A stretch of DNA of 26,537 bases from an uncultured delta proteobacterium (lineage in GTDB: Bacteria; Desulfobacterota; Desulfobacteria; Desulfobacterales; Desulfatirhabdiaceae): contig CAWBKP010000018.1 of the NCBI GenBank assembly GCA_963789395.1, forward strand, positions 1 to 26,537, in the 5' to 3' direction. The translations under genes and the position numbers were made by a program. How positions within the stretch are numbered: position 1 is the stretch's first letter; the number at the start of each line of letters is the position of its first letter. Below the pieces are notes generated by a model. The model was not told the DNA's origin, searched no databases, and saw only the letters and a program-made list of their open reading frames with translations. This document shows, piece after piece, positions 9,658 to 19,958 of the stretch.

Positions 9658-12227
9658 ACAACCCCGCCATTCTGATCGTTGAAGACGAAGCCATCGTATC
9701 CGCGGACATCGCCAGCAAGCTCCGGAAACTGGGCTACGACATTGCCGGTTCGACCGGCACCGGCGAGGAAGCCATCGAGATCGCCCGCCGGAAGCGGCCT
9801 TCCCTGGTGCTGATGGATATCCGCCTGGCCGGGGCGATGGACGGCATCACGGCAGCGGATGCAATCCGGCAGGAATGCCAGATGCCGGTGGTTTTTCTGA
9901 CGGCGCATTCCGATAGTCCAACGACTCCAGCGTGCACGAAAGAGCGAAGCCTTCGGATACATCCTGAAGCCGTTTGACGATCGCGAACTTCACACGCAGA
10001 TCGAGATGGCGCTTTACAAGCACGCCGCCGAACAGCGCCTGCGCGAGAGCCAGGCCCGGTTGGCGACGTTTCGCGGCCGCAACATTTGAAGGAATCATCG
10101 AAATCGAAGCCGGGCGGATTGTGGACTGCAACACTCAGTTTGCCCGGATGCTGGGTTACACCGAGGTTGAAATAAAGGGAATGGAGATTGCCGGCCTGAT
10201 CGCCCCCGAAGACCTTGATCGCGTGATGGAGAATATCCAGCAGGAACGGGAGTCGGCGATCGAACACGAATTGCTCCGAAAGGACGGCAGCGCGGATCAT
10301 TGTCGAAGCGCACGGCCGGCCGCTGTCTCCGGGCAGGCGCATCACCGCGATCCGCGACATTACCGAGCAAAAGATGCGGGAGGAAAAACTTCAAAAACTC
10401 AACCGGACCCTCAAGGCCCTCAACCACAGCAGCGCGGCCAGGATGCGCGCCACGGAGGAAGCCGCGTACCTGCATGAAGTCTGCAAAAACATCGTTGAGG
10501 ACTGCGGGCACGCCATGGTCTGGATCGGTTACGCCGGGAACGATGCCGGCCGGTCCGTTCGCCCCGTGGCCAGCGCCGGTTTTGAGGCCGGGTACCTCGA
10601 AACGCTGAATATCACATATGCGGATACCGAGCGTGGTCGCGGGCCGACAGGCACGGCCATCCGCACCGGACAGACAAGCATCTGCCGGAACATGCTGACA
10701 GACCCCCTGTTTGCTCCGTGGCGCGAGGAAGCCATCAAGCGGGGCTATGCCTCATCCATTGTTCTGCCTCTGATGGCGGAGGGAACGATGCTTTGGCGCC
10801 ATCACACATCTACAGCAGACTGCCGGATCCCTTTTGTGAAGATGAGATCGATCTGTTGACGGAACTGGCGGACGATCTCGCATTCGGGATAACGTCGCTG
10901 CGGCTGCGGGCTGAACGTGACAGGGCGGAGGAGGCCCTGCAAAAAGCCCACAACGAATTGGAGCAACGGGTGCTGGAGCGCACTGCCGATCTGCGCTCTG
11001 CAAACGAGAGCCTGATCCGGGAAATGGAAGAACGCAGTCGGGTTGAGGCAGCCTTGCGTAAAAGCCAGGAGCAACTGTTCGCCAGCAATGCAACGCTCAC
11101 CAAGGTCATCGACGGCATTACCGATCCGCTCATCATGCTGGATGCGAGGTCTCCGGATAAAAAAGTTGAACAGGGCCGCCAAGGACTACTACGGGTTGAC
11201 CAGCTACCAGGAAGCAGCCGGCAAGCTCTGTTTTGAAGCATTCCGGGGAAGGTCCAGCCCGTGTGAGGGATGCGATACCCCTTTCTCGGACATGCGAGGT
11301 TATTCCGGGTCCTATGAGCGCAAAGGGAGAGATGGACCCGACAGGCTCGAGCAGGTATTTGTGTACCTGGTCAAGGACGCATCGGGAGCGCCCGAGGCAA
11401 CCATTATCCGAATATCTGACATCACGCAGGCGAGAATGATGGACAGGCAGCTCATCCAGAGCGAGAAACTGGCTTCCCTGGGACTGCTGATCTCCGGAAT
11501 CGCCCACGAGATCAACAACCCCAATAATTTCATTTTCTTTAACATCCCCATTCTGCGTTCCTACCTCCAATTCCTGCTGCCCATCGTCGATGAATACGCT
11601 TCGGCGCATCCGGAGTTGCGGGTTTTTGGCAGGCCCTATTCCGGATTTCCGGGAGGATTGTTTCAAATTGTTGGACAATATTGAACACGGCTCCACCCGG
11701 ATCAACCAGATCGTGGGGAACCTGCGGGAATTTGTGCGCGAGCGGGGCAAGGGTGAAAGGCGCCGGGTTGATCTGAAGCAGGTCGTGGAAAAAGGCATAT
11801 CCATCTGCCTGGGGCGCATCAGAAAAACCGTAAAGACCTTTGAATCGAATATTCCGGAAGGGACTGCCGGCTCTGTTCACCGACCCGCTGGCGATAGAGC
11901 AGGTAGTGGTGAACCTTCTGATCAATGCCATCCAGGCGGCGGACAAAGACGATTCATGGGTGAGGCTGACGATAACTCGGCACAATGAACCGGAGGATGA
12001 AGTGATTGTGGAAGTGAGTGATAACGGTTGCGGCATGGATACGCGAAACCCAAAAGAAAATCTTTGACCCCTTCTTCACCACCAAGGCGGCCGGTATTGG
12101 TACCGGCCTGGGGCTGTCCATCACCCACCGATTGGTGGCGGAATTGGGGGGACGCATCGAGGTCCAGAGTGAAGTGGGCAAGGGAAGCATTTTCCGGGTG
12201 AGGCTCAAGACAAGCCGCGCATCGTAA
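9654..12227 (+). CDS. Hybrid kinase REC-PAS-GAF-PAS-HisKA-HATPase (multiple frameshifts)
   Basis: ATGA overlap with the upstream kinase. REC ILIVEDE...LMDIRL...FLTAH...GYILKPF; PAS; GAF (MVWIGYA...[13 protein letters not shown]...PWREEA); H-box [45 protein letters not shown]. Confidence 0.85.
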
Positions 12228-12252
12228 CCGATTGAAAAAAGGATGAATTGGA

Positions 12253-13631
12253 ATGAACTCCCATATTTTACTGGTGGATGACGAACAGGATTTTCTGGAA
12301 AGCCTTGAAAGAGGGCTCCTCATCAGTGGTTTTCGCAACATTCGGGCTGAAAGCGATCCCAGGAAAGCAGCGCATCTTTTTCAGCAGGGCGAGCCGGTGG
12401 ATATTGCCCTCATCGATATCACCATGCCGGGAATGTCCGGCATCGAGTTGCTGGACATCATCCGAAGCAGCAGCCCCACCACCGAATGCATTATGGTGAC
12501 ATCCGCGGATGAGGCCAGCCTGGCGGTCAGCTGCATGAAAAAAGGGGCCTTTGACTACCGGGTCAAGCCGCTGGATCATGGAAGAGCTGCATGGTGGTGA
12601 TTCTTAAGGCCCTGGAAAGAAAGAATCTTCTGGAAATTCAGAGGATCGGAAAACAAAAAAGCAGTTCCTGATCTTACAAATCCCAGCGCCTTTGCTCTCC
12701 ATCATCACCCAGTCGGAAAAAATGCTGCGGATCATGAAGGAAGCCGAACTCCATGCCGCCAGCAAGGTTCCTGTTTTGATCACAGGGGAAACCGGCACGG
12801 GCAAGGAACTCCTGGCCAAAGCCATTCATAAGGCCAGCTCCAGGGCCAGCCACACCTTTACCCCCATCAACATGTCGTCTTTGACCGCAACACTGTTTGA
12901 ATCCGAATTTTACGGCCATACCAAAGGGGCATTTACCGGCGCCGCCCAGGACCGGAAAGGCTATATCGAGATTACTTCCGGAGGAACGCTGTTTCTGGAT
13001 GAAATCGGCAGCCTGCCTCCTGAGTCGCAGGGAAAGCTGCTGCGGGTGCTGCAGGAAGGTGAATATTTCAAACTGGGAACCAGCAGGCCCCAGGGAGCGG
13101 ATATTCGCTTCATTGCCGCGACCAATGTCGAACTGGACAAGCTGCAGGAACAGGGCCTGTTCCGCAAAGATCTCTTCTACCGTCTGTGCGGCGCCTGGCT
13201 GGATTTGCCTCCCTTGAGAGAACGAAAGGAAGATATCGCCCTTCTGGTGGAAGCGTTTTTAAAAGAGCATGGAAGCGGCCACGGCAGCAAAGACATTGAA
13301 GAGCCGGCCTGGACCCTGCTGAAGGCTTATGACTATCCGGGAAACATCAGAGAACTCAAATCGATCGTTCAGCATGCCGCAAACCTGTCCAGGGGAAAGT
13401 CGATCTCGGTCCATCATCTGCCCGCCTACGTAACAACTGCATCATCACATGCACATCACACCGGCAGCGCTGTTTTCCCCCGATACCATTGTCCCGCTCG
13501 CCGCCGTGGAAAAAGACCATATTATCAAAGCCTACCGGCACACCTGCGAAAACAAATTGCAGACGGCACGATTGCTGGAAATCAGCATGAACACCCTTCG
13601 GCGAAAGCTGCAGTCTTACGGCTTGGAGTAA
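12253..13631 (+). CDS. NtrC-family sigma54-dependent response regulator (REC-AAA+-Fis HTH; frameshifted)
   Basis: REC (LLVDDE, LIDITMP, KP); Walker A GETGTGKE; ESEFYGHTKGAFTGA; Walker B LFLDEI; DLFYRL; PGNIREL; C-terminal HTH EKDHII...NKLQTARLLEISMNTLRRKL, stop at 13631. Confidence 0.93.
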
Positions 13632-13633
13632 CT

Positions 13634-13779
13634 ACACCAAAACGCAATACCAGCTCCAAAATTGCACATCGCCTGGCGATGCATCCGCATTTATTTCCCT
13701 TGATGTTTCATCTGAAAATGGTCATTTTCCATCCTCGTTGTGCCCGCTCCGGGCCTGGATGATAGTCCAAAATGGATAT
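13634..13779 (+). promoter_or_regulatory. Putative upstream activator sequences, second copy
   Basis: CTCCAAAATTGCAC (13654-13667) and ATAGTCCAAAATGGATAT (13762-13779) match the boxes upstream of dfx; a further palindrome GAAAATG-GT-CATTTTC at 13714-13729. Confidence 0.7.
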
Positions 13780-13888
13780 TCCACTCCGTATCTTCCCGCC
13801 CCAACAGACCGATCGAAGTTTCCGGGTTTTATTACAAATTATCAAATAATCAGATAGATAGCAGCATACAATAAGGATTCGGCCCATC

Positions 13889-13904
13889 TGGCACCATCTT
13901 TGCT
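13889..13904 (+). promoter_or_regulatory. Sigma54 -24/-12 promoter
   Basis: TGGCAC-CATCT-TTGCT consensus; 21/22 identical to the dfx promoter when extended to ...CTTATC; AT-rich IHF-like tract at about 13827-13860. Confidence 0.85.
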
Positions 13905-14193
13905 CTTATCATTCGAAAAGACTGCCGGCGAAGCAATCTTCGGCAATCAGGCAATTTCCCATATTTCGATTCCGCTTCGAGTTTGCTGTGCTGATGCCTT
14001 AAATCTTCGGGAACCTGATGAATCCGTTAATATTTTCAGCCGCCGACACTTCCGTAAGGGCCGATGACTATCTCCAGTCGATACCATGGGAATCCGGCTG
14101 CCATCGGAATGAGGCAAATAATTTAAATCCGGTTTGCTGCAAGATCGTCAAAATGGGTTAAACAAGGCGCAGCATGCTAAGGAGTGTGGAACG

Positions 14194-14523
14194 ATGACTA
14201 CATCCGAAGATCTAAAAAAAAACAGCGGCGACGGCTGCAGGGCCACTATTGCAGTTTCTCCCTTTAATGCAAACGAATTCAAAAAGGCGTTTTTGATGGA
14301 TCACAGTATGGACGGGGTCACTTTTTTATCAGACGATGCCTTCTTTCCGGGATCTGCAATCGTGATCAGGGGAGCGAACAACTCATCCAACAATGCCTGT
14401 TACAGTAAATATTCGGGCTTGCCGGGTTTAAGAATCGGTGAGGTAAAACGGTGCATAAAACACGCCGGCGAGACATCCTCAGCCTACGAGGTAGTTGTCA
14501 AATATTATTACCTTGCTTATTAG
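14194..14523 (+). CDS. PilZ-like domain protein lacking the RxxxR motif
   Basis: RBS AAGGAG before the ATG at 14194; DHSMDG (D/NxSxxG), then FLSD..FFPGSAIVI...GEVKRC...YEVVVKY beta-barrel pattern. Confidence 0.65.
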   Translation: MTTSEDLKKNSGDGCRATIAVSPFNANEFKKAFLMDHSMDGVTFLSDDAFFPGSAIVIRGANNSSNNACYSKYSGLPGLRIGEVKRCIKHAGETSSAYEVVVKYYYLAY

Positions 14524-14635
14524 CTGTTTGTGAAAGTCTGAATGCATATTATCCAGCTAACAAGGGACCACTTTCTCCACAGAGAAGCAAGGAACGTCAT
14601 CCAAACAACTGCCATGCACGGATCGGACACGACTT

Positions 14636-15076
14636 ATGATGAAAACACTTGATTCGCATATTAAGCCTTACAGTGGGTTTATCCATCGAAAGCACGCTCG
14701 AGTCAGGATCGGCAACGGCGTTAACGTTCTGCTGTCATGGGACAGGCTGAAAGACTATGTTTTTCCGGGTCACTTGATAGACATCAACAATGGGGGATGC
14801 GGAATTTATTACCTTGCGGATAGAGGCAAAGCAGGTGAATTCCACTCGCTCAAAACCTGCAAGCTAAAATTTTTCAGCGCATTCAAGGCATTTGAACTCA
14901 GGAAAAACACGGTTATTTATGACAATGAACTGATACAGTATTCCACCGATAAAATTTCCGCCAGGCGGTGCGGCATAAAATTTGATGGCGTTGTAAAAGT
15001 CAAACGTCTGCAAACCTGGTATGCGGAAAACCAAAAGCAAGAAAGGAGAAAGACATCATGGCAAACGGCATTGTAA
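14636..15076 (+). CDS. PilZ domain protein
   Basis: RKHAR (RxxxR) plus [10 protein letters not shown] (DxS/NxxG variant) and a C-terminal RRCGIKF. Confidence 0.75.
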   Translation: MMKTLDSHIKPYSGFIHRKHARVRIGNGVNVLLSWDRLKDYVFPGHLIDINNGGCGIYYLADRGKAGEFHSLKTCKLKFFSAFKAFELRKNTVIYDNELIQYSTDKISARRCGIKFDGVVKVKRLQTWYAENQKQERRKTSWQTAL

Positions 15077-15291
15077 AATGGTTTAACGACAGAAAAGGTT
15101 TCGGATTTATCGAGCAGGATAAGGGAAAAGAGGTGTATGTGCATCATTCCGCCATTAACGGAACCGGATATAAATCCCTTACCATGGGCGATATTGTCAC
15201 GTTCGATGTGGTTCAGGGTTCCAGAGGTCCTGCCGCAGCCAATGTTTCCAGTTACAAAAATGCGCTCCTGACCGAATTCCATGGTATCTGA
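15058..15291 (+). CDS. Cold-shock domain protein (CspA family)
   Basis: [18 protein letters not shown] (RNP1), VYVHHS (RNP2), GPAAANV; RBS AAAGGAG. Confidence 0.95.
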   Translation: MANGIVKWFNDRKGFGFIEQDKGKEVYVHHSAINGTGYKSLTMGDIVTFDVVQGSRGPAAANVSSYKNALLTEFHGI

Positions 15292-15333
15292 AATGTCCGG
15301 CTGAAAAAAAATGCGCATTAAGGGAAGACAGCG

Positions 15334-17086
15334 ATGAAAACCAGGGATTATCCGATCTGAACAAGCTGACGAGCTTCGCCGGCGGGCCGAAAAGATCGCA
15401 CGGAAAAAAACAGGCCGGTCGCCGGAAAACTTTAACACCCTTTCATCCGAGGAAACCGGGCAAATGCTCCACGAACTGCACGTGCATCAAATCGAGCTGG
15501 AAATGCAGAACGAGGAACTCCGCATGCGGCAGGCGGAACTGGACGCCACGCGGGCGCGCTATTTTGACCTTTACGATCTGGCGCCGGTGGGCTATTGCAC
15601 GATTTCCGAAAAGGGGCTGATTACAGAGAACAACCTGACCGCCGCAACCCTGCTTGGCGTGGACCGGTACACGCTGGTCAACATGCCGGTCACCCGGTTC
15701 ATTCACAAGGCGGACCAGGACACCTACTACCTGTTTCGCAAAAAGCTCTTTGAAACCGGCATGCCGCAAAACTTCGAACTGAGAATGCTGCGCCCGGATG
15801 GCACTGTTTTATGGGTACAGATGAATACAACAGCAACACATGACGTCAAGGGCGCATCCGCATGCAATGCTGTGATTATCGACATCACGGAACGCTGCAA
15901 ACTGGAACGGCGTCTTTCGGAGGTGTCCGAATTAAATGAGAAAATCATTGCCACTGCCCCTCTTGGAATTGCTGCCTATGATGCTTCCGGTCAGTGCATA
16001 ATTGCCAATGACGCCATTGGAAAATTCATCGGAATCAACCGTGAAGCGTTGCTTGGACAAAATTTTAATCATCCCGACACATGGAACCAGTCCGGCCTTT
16101 TAACAACCGCCCACGAGACCATGCAATCCGGACAATCCATCGAAAATCTGGAATATATTTATGTGACCCCCGTTGGAAAAGAAGTCAGGCTCAACTGCTG
16201 CATGATTCCTTTTTCTGCGACAAGCAAACCCCATCTCCTTCTGATGTGCCAGGATATCAGCATACAAAAACAGGTTGATGAGGCGCTCCGAAAAAGCCAG
16301 AAACTGGCATCCATTGGTATGCTGGTTACCGCCATTTCCCATGAGATCGACAATCCCAACGGCGTTATCATTTTCAATCTTCCAATCCTACGTAAATATT
16401 TGCAGGAATTGATATCGATCGCTGCCCCTTACTTCAAGGACAATCCAGAACACAGAGTATTCGGCAGGTTTTATGCAGCTTTCCGCAAGGATTTGTTCGA
16501 TCTCATGGACAACATCGAATCTGGCTCGCAGCGGATCGATGCCGTCGTGTCCGTATTGAAGGATTTTTTCAGAATTCAAGAAAATATGGAACGTCGCCGG
16601 ATCGATCTTAAACAGCCCATCGATCATGCGGTGTCGATCTGCAGGAACGAAATTCAAAAAACGGTCAAATCCTTTCAGATCGATATTCCAGAAACCCTGC
16701 CCCCGGTGTTGACCGATCCGGACGCCATTGAGCTGATACTGGTCAATCTGCTGATTCATGCTGCTCACGCTTCGGATAAGGCGGATTCCTGGATCAGGTT
16801 GTGCATGACCGCAGATGAAAACAATCCGGACCGCCGCATCATTGCCATCACGGACAACGGGCGTGGTATGGACGAGCAGACCTTGAAGCAGATTTTTGAT
16901 CCTTTTTATGCCAGCAAATCACCCATGAAAGGCATCGAGCTGGGCCTTTACATCTGCCGGAGCCTGGCTGAGGAACTGGATTGCCGGATTGAAGCGGAAA
17001 GCCAGCCAAATCAGGGAAGCAGCTTCCGGCTGATCCTGAACGACCTCCCCCCGGAAAACCTGGCAATTCTGAACGGTAACCCTTAG
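15334..17086 (+). CDS. PAS-PAS sensor histidine kinase-like protein with degenerate ATP-binding motifs
   Basis: The in-frame ADELRRRAE...LHELHVHQIELEMQNEELR motif extends upstream of the annotated start at 15464, so the likely start is the ATG at 15334 with one indel. Two PAS domains; H-box SHEIDNP; N-box NLLIHA; G2 KGIELGL. Confidence 0.85.
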
Positions 17087-17099
17087 AAGGAGATGGGAT

Positions 17100-17636
17100 A
17101 TGCAAGCACGCGGTCCCCTCATGATGGAACACCGACTGATCGAGCAAATGCTTAACGTGATACAGCGCGCTTTGGAGCGCGTTGTGCAGACAAAGTCCAT
17201 AGATCCCTGCTTTGTCGATACGGCTGTTGATTTTATCCGCGTATATGCCGATCGCACCCACCATGGAAAGGAGGAAGATATCCTTTTCAGAGAGCTTCAG
17301 GCCAAACACCTGTCCAAAGAAGACCGAACAGCCATGGATGCACTGATTGTGGATCACATCTTTGCCCGCAACACGACCCATGCCCTGATGGAGGCCAATA
17401 TGCGTTACAGAAGCGGTGACAGGACAGCGCTTGGTGACGTGACTGCCTGCCTGAAAACACTCGTTGATTTCTACCCAAACCACATCAAGAAAGAAGATGC
17501 CGTTTTCTTCCCGGCTTCCAGGGTTTATTTCACTGAAGAAGAGGATCAAGCCATCCTTGCTGAGTTTCGGGAGTTTGACAGAAAGATGATTCATGAGAAA
17601 TATAAGGCTGTAGTCAAGGATTTTGCTGTAAAATGA
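17100..17636 (+). CDS. Hemerythrin (HHE cation-binding) domain protein
   Basis: Motifs LMMEHRLIE, DRTHHGKEEDILF, LIVDHIFAR and YPNHIKKEDAVFFP; RBS AAGGAG. Confidence 0.9.
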   Translation: MQARGPLMMEHRLIEQMLNVIQRALERVVQTKSIDPCFVDTAVDFIRVYADRTHHGKEEDILFRELQAKHLSKEDRTAMDALIVDHIFARNTTHALMEANMRYRSGDRTALGDVTACLKTLVDFYPNHIKKEDAVFFPASRVYFTEEEDQAILAEFREFDRKMIHEKYKAVVKDFAVK

Positions 17637-17804
17637 CAACCTCCTGATCCCATGCTTCGGCTACATTCCCGCCGGGGAGTTGTCGTGCAGCCTTGACTGT
17701 ATCTGAGAACATCATTAATTTTAACTAAGATTTTGAAAATGTGAGAAATCACTTATCTTATTATGATTCAGAAATCTTCGGGAACCCTTTATAGGAGACC
17801 GGCC

Positions 17805-18911
17805 ATGCCGAGAAATCAGATCGAAATTCCGGAAAATGTAGAGTACCTGTCCGTTCTTGATGAAAACGGCCAACTGGATCAGACACTTGAACCCGATATC
17901 CCGCCGGATCTGCTGCTGGAACTTTACCGATCCATGGTGCTGGGAAGGCAATTTGATGAGCGTCTGCTGAGCCTTCAACGACAAGGCCGCATCGGAACCT
18001 TCCCGCCCATCACCGGACAGGAAGCCGCCCAATTGGGAGCCGTAGCGCCGCTGCGCCCTTCGGACTGGCTGGCGCCGTCCTTTCGTGAAACAGCCGCTGA
18101 AATCTGGCGCGGCCGGTCACTGGAAAGCATTATTCTGGGAAATAACGGCTTCAACGAAGGCGGCCGGGGGGATGCGGACAATAACAACCTGCCGGTCTCA
18201 ATTCCAGTCGGCTCCCAGGTGCTGCATGCCGTTGGCCTGGCATGGGCCATTCAATATCGTCAGAAGGATGATGTCGTCATGACCTTCTTTGGCGATGGCG
18301 CCACCTCCCAGGGTGATTTTCACGAAGGACTCAATTTCGCCGGCGTCTACCAGACACCGTCCATCTTTGTCTGCCAGAACAATCACTGGGCCATTTCCGT
18401 CCCGCGTTCCAGACAGACCCGTTCCGTAACACTTGCGCAAAAAGCCCTTGCTTACGGCATGCCGGGGATTCAGGTCGACGGCAACGACATTCTGGCTGTG
18501 TATCTGGCAGCCCGGGAAGCCGTGGAACGGGCGCGGGCGGGCGGTGGTCCGACACTGATTGAATGCGTCACCTATCGTCTGCTCATGCATACCACGGCCG
18601 ATGACCCAAAACGCTACCGCAGCGACGATGAAGTGGAGATCTGGTCGAAGCGGGACCCTCTGGCGAGATTCGAGAAATACCTCGTGGATAAGGGGTTGCT
18701 GACTGCCGAAAAAATCACGGATGCCCTGAATGCAGTGAAAACGCAGATTCAGGCTGCCGTGGACAACGCAGAAACGCAGATGAAAAAATTGGGTAATCCT
18801 CTGGACATGTTCGATCATGTTTACGCCGAGCTTCCGCCGCATCTGATCGCCCAAAAAGACGCTCTGGCCCGAGAACTGTCTCTGCTTAAGGAGGATAAGA
18901 ATCATGGCTAA
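17805..18911 (+). CDS. pdhA: Pyruvate (2-oxoacid) dehydrogenase E1 alpha subunit
   Basis: LQRQGRIG, GQEA, TPP motif GDGATSQGDFHEGLNFA...QNN, and YR..HTTADDP..YR; RBS AGGAG before the ATG at 17805. Branched-chain specificity is not excluded. Confidence 0.9.
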   Translation: MPRNQIEIPENVEYLSVLDENGQLDQTLEPDIPPDLLLELYRSMVLGRQFDERLLSLQRQGRIGTFPPITGQEAAQLGAVAPLRPSDWLAPSFRETAAEIWRGRSLESIILGNNGFNEGGRGDADNNNLPVSIPVGSQVLHAVGLAWAIQYRQKDDVVMTFFGDGATSQGDFHEGLNFAGVYQTPSIFVCQNNHWAISVPRSRQTRSVTLAQKALAYGMPGIQVDGNDILAVYLAAREAVERARAGGGPTLIECVTYRLLMHTTADDPKRYRSDDEVEIWSKRDPLARFEKYLVDKGLLTAEKITDALNAVKTQIQAAVDNAETQMKKLGNPLDMFDHVYAELPPHLIAQKDALARELSLLKEDKNHG

Positions 18912-19887
18912 AATGACGATGGTTCAGGCGCTCAATCTGGCCCTGCGCCAGGAGATGGAAAAAGACGATCGGGTTATCGTTCTGGGAGAGGACGTGGGAC
19001 TGGACGGCGGAGTCTTCCGGGTCACAGAAGGCTTGTTTCAGCAGTTCGGAGAGACACGGGTGGTGGATACGCCGCTGGCGGAATCCGGCATTGTCGGGAT
19101 GTCCATCGGCATGGCGGTTTACGGATTGCGCCCTGTATGTGAGATTCAATTTTCCGGTTTCGCCTATCATGGGTTTCATCAAATCGAAAATCATGCCGCC
19201 CGGCTCAGATGGAGATCTCAGGGCCGTTTCAGCGTACCCATGGTTTTAAGAGCGCCCTATGGCGGGGGTGTCCGCGCCCTGGAGCATCACTCCGAAAGCC
19301 GGGAAGCATTCTGGGCCCACATCCCCGGGATCAAGATGGTGATCCCTTCCGGTCCGCGCAACGCCCGCGCGCTTCTGGTCAGCGCCATCCGTGATCCCGA
19401 CCCGGTCATTTTCTATGAGCCCAAAGCCCTGTACCGGGCGTTCCGCGAAGAGGTGCCCGAAGAAGAGGAAGTTCTGCCCATAGGCCGCTCCCAGGTGGTA
19501 CGGGAAGGCAAGGATCTGACGCTGATCGGCTATGGCGCCATGATGCGTCCGGCGCTTGCTGCCGCCGATATGCTGAAGGAACAACACGGCATCGATGCGG
19601 AACTCATTGATTTAATGACCATTTCACCGCTGGATGACACGCTTTTTATCCAGTCCGCAAAGAAAACAGGACACGCCATGATCGTCCACGAAGCACCTCA
19701 AAGTTTCGGCCCCGGCGCGGAGGTGGTGGCGCGTCTGGTTGAAAAAGCTTTTTTCTATCTGGAAGCGCCCATAGCAAGGGTGACGGGATACGATATCACC
19801 ATTCCGTATTTCAGCCGTGAAAACGCCTATATTCCCAATGCCGAACGAATCGTTCACAGTGCGCGGCAGCTGCTTTCAACACAATGA
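18904..19887 (+). CDS. pdhB: 2-oxoacid dehydrogenase E1 beta subunit
   Basis: LGEDVG..GGVFRVT, DTPLAESGI, EIQF, EHHSES, DPDPVIFYEPK. Confidence 0.92.
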   Translation: MAKMTMVQALNLALRQEMEKDDRVIVLGEDVGLDGGVFRVTEGLFQQFGETRVVDTPLAESGIVGMSIGMAVYGLRPVCEIQFSGFAYHGFHQIENHAARLRWRSQGRFSVPMVLRAPYGGGVRALEHHSESREAFWAHIPGIKMVIPSGPRNARALLVSAIRDPDPVIFYEPKALYRAFREEVPEEEEVLPIGRSQVVREGKDLTLIGYGAMMRPALAAADMLKEQHGIDAELIDLMTISPLDDTLFIQSAKKTGHAMIVHEAPQSFGPGAEVVARLVEKAFFYLEAPIARVTGYDITIPYFSRENAYIPNAERIVHSARQLLSTQ

Positions 19888-19958
19888 GCCTGAAGAAAAC
19901 CGGCTGTTTTTTCCATTACCCGGGAGTTTGACCCATACAATTGAAATAATTTGAAAAG

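Noticed and set aside
14010..14075. Fluoride riboswitch or hammerhead (CTGATGA...GCCGATGACT)
   Set aside because: The fluoride P1 stem and pseudoknot pairing are not satisfied, and the hammerhead GAAA core is missing.
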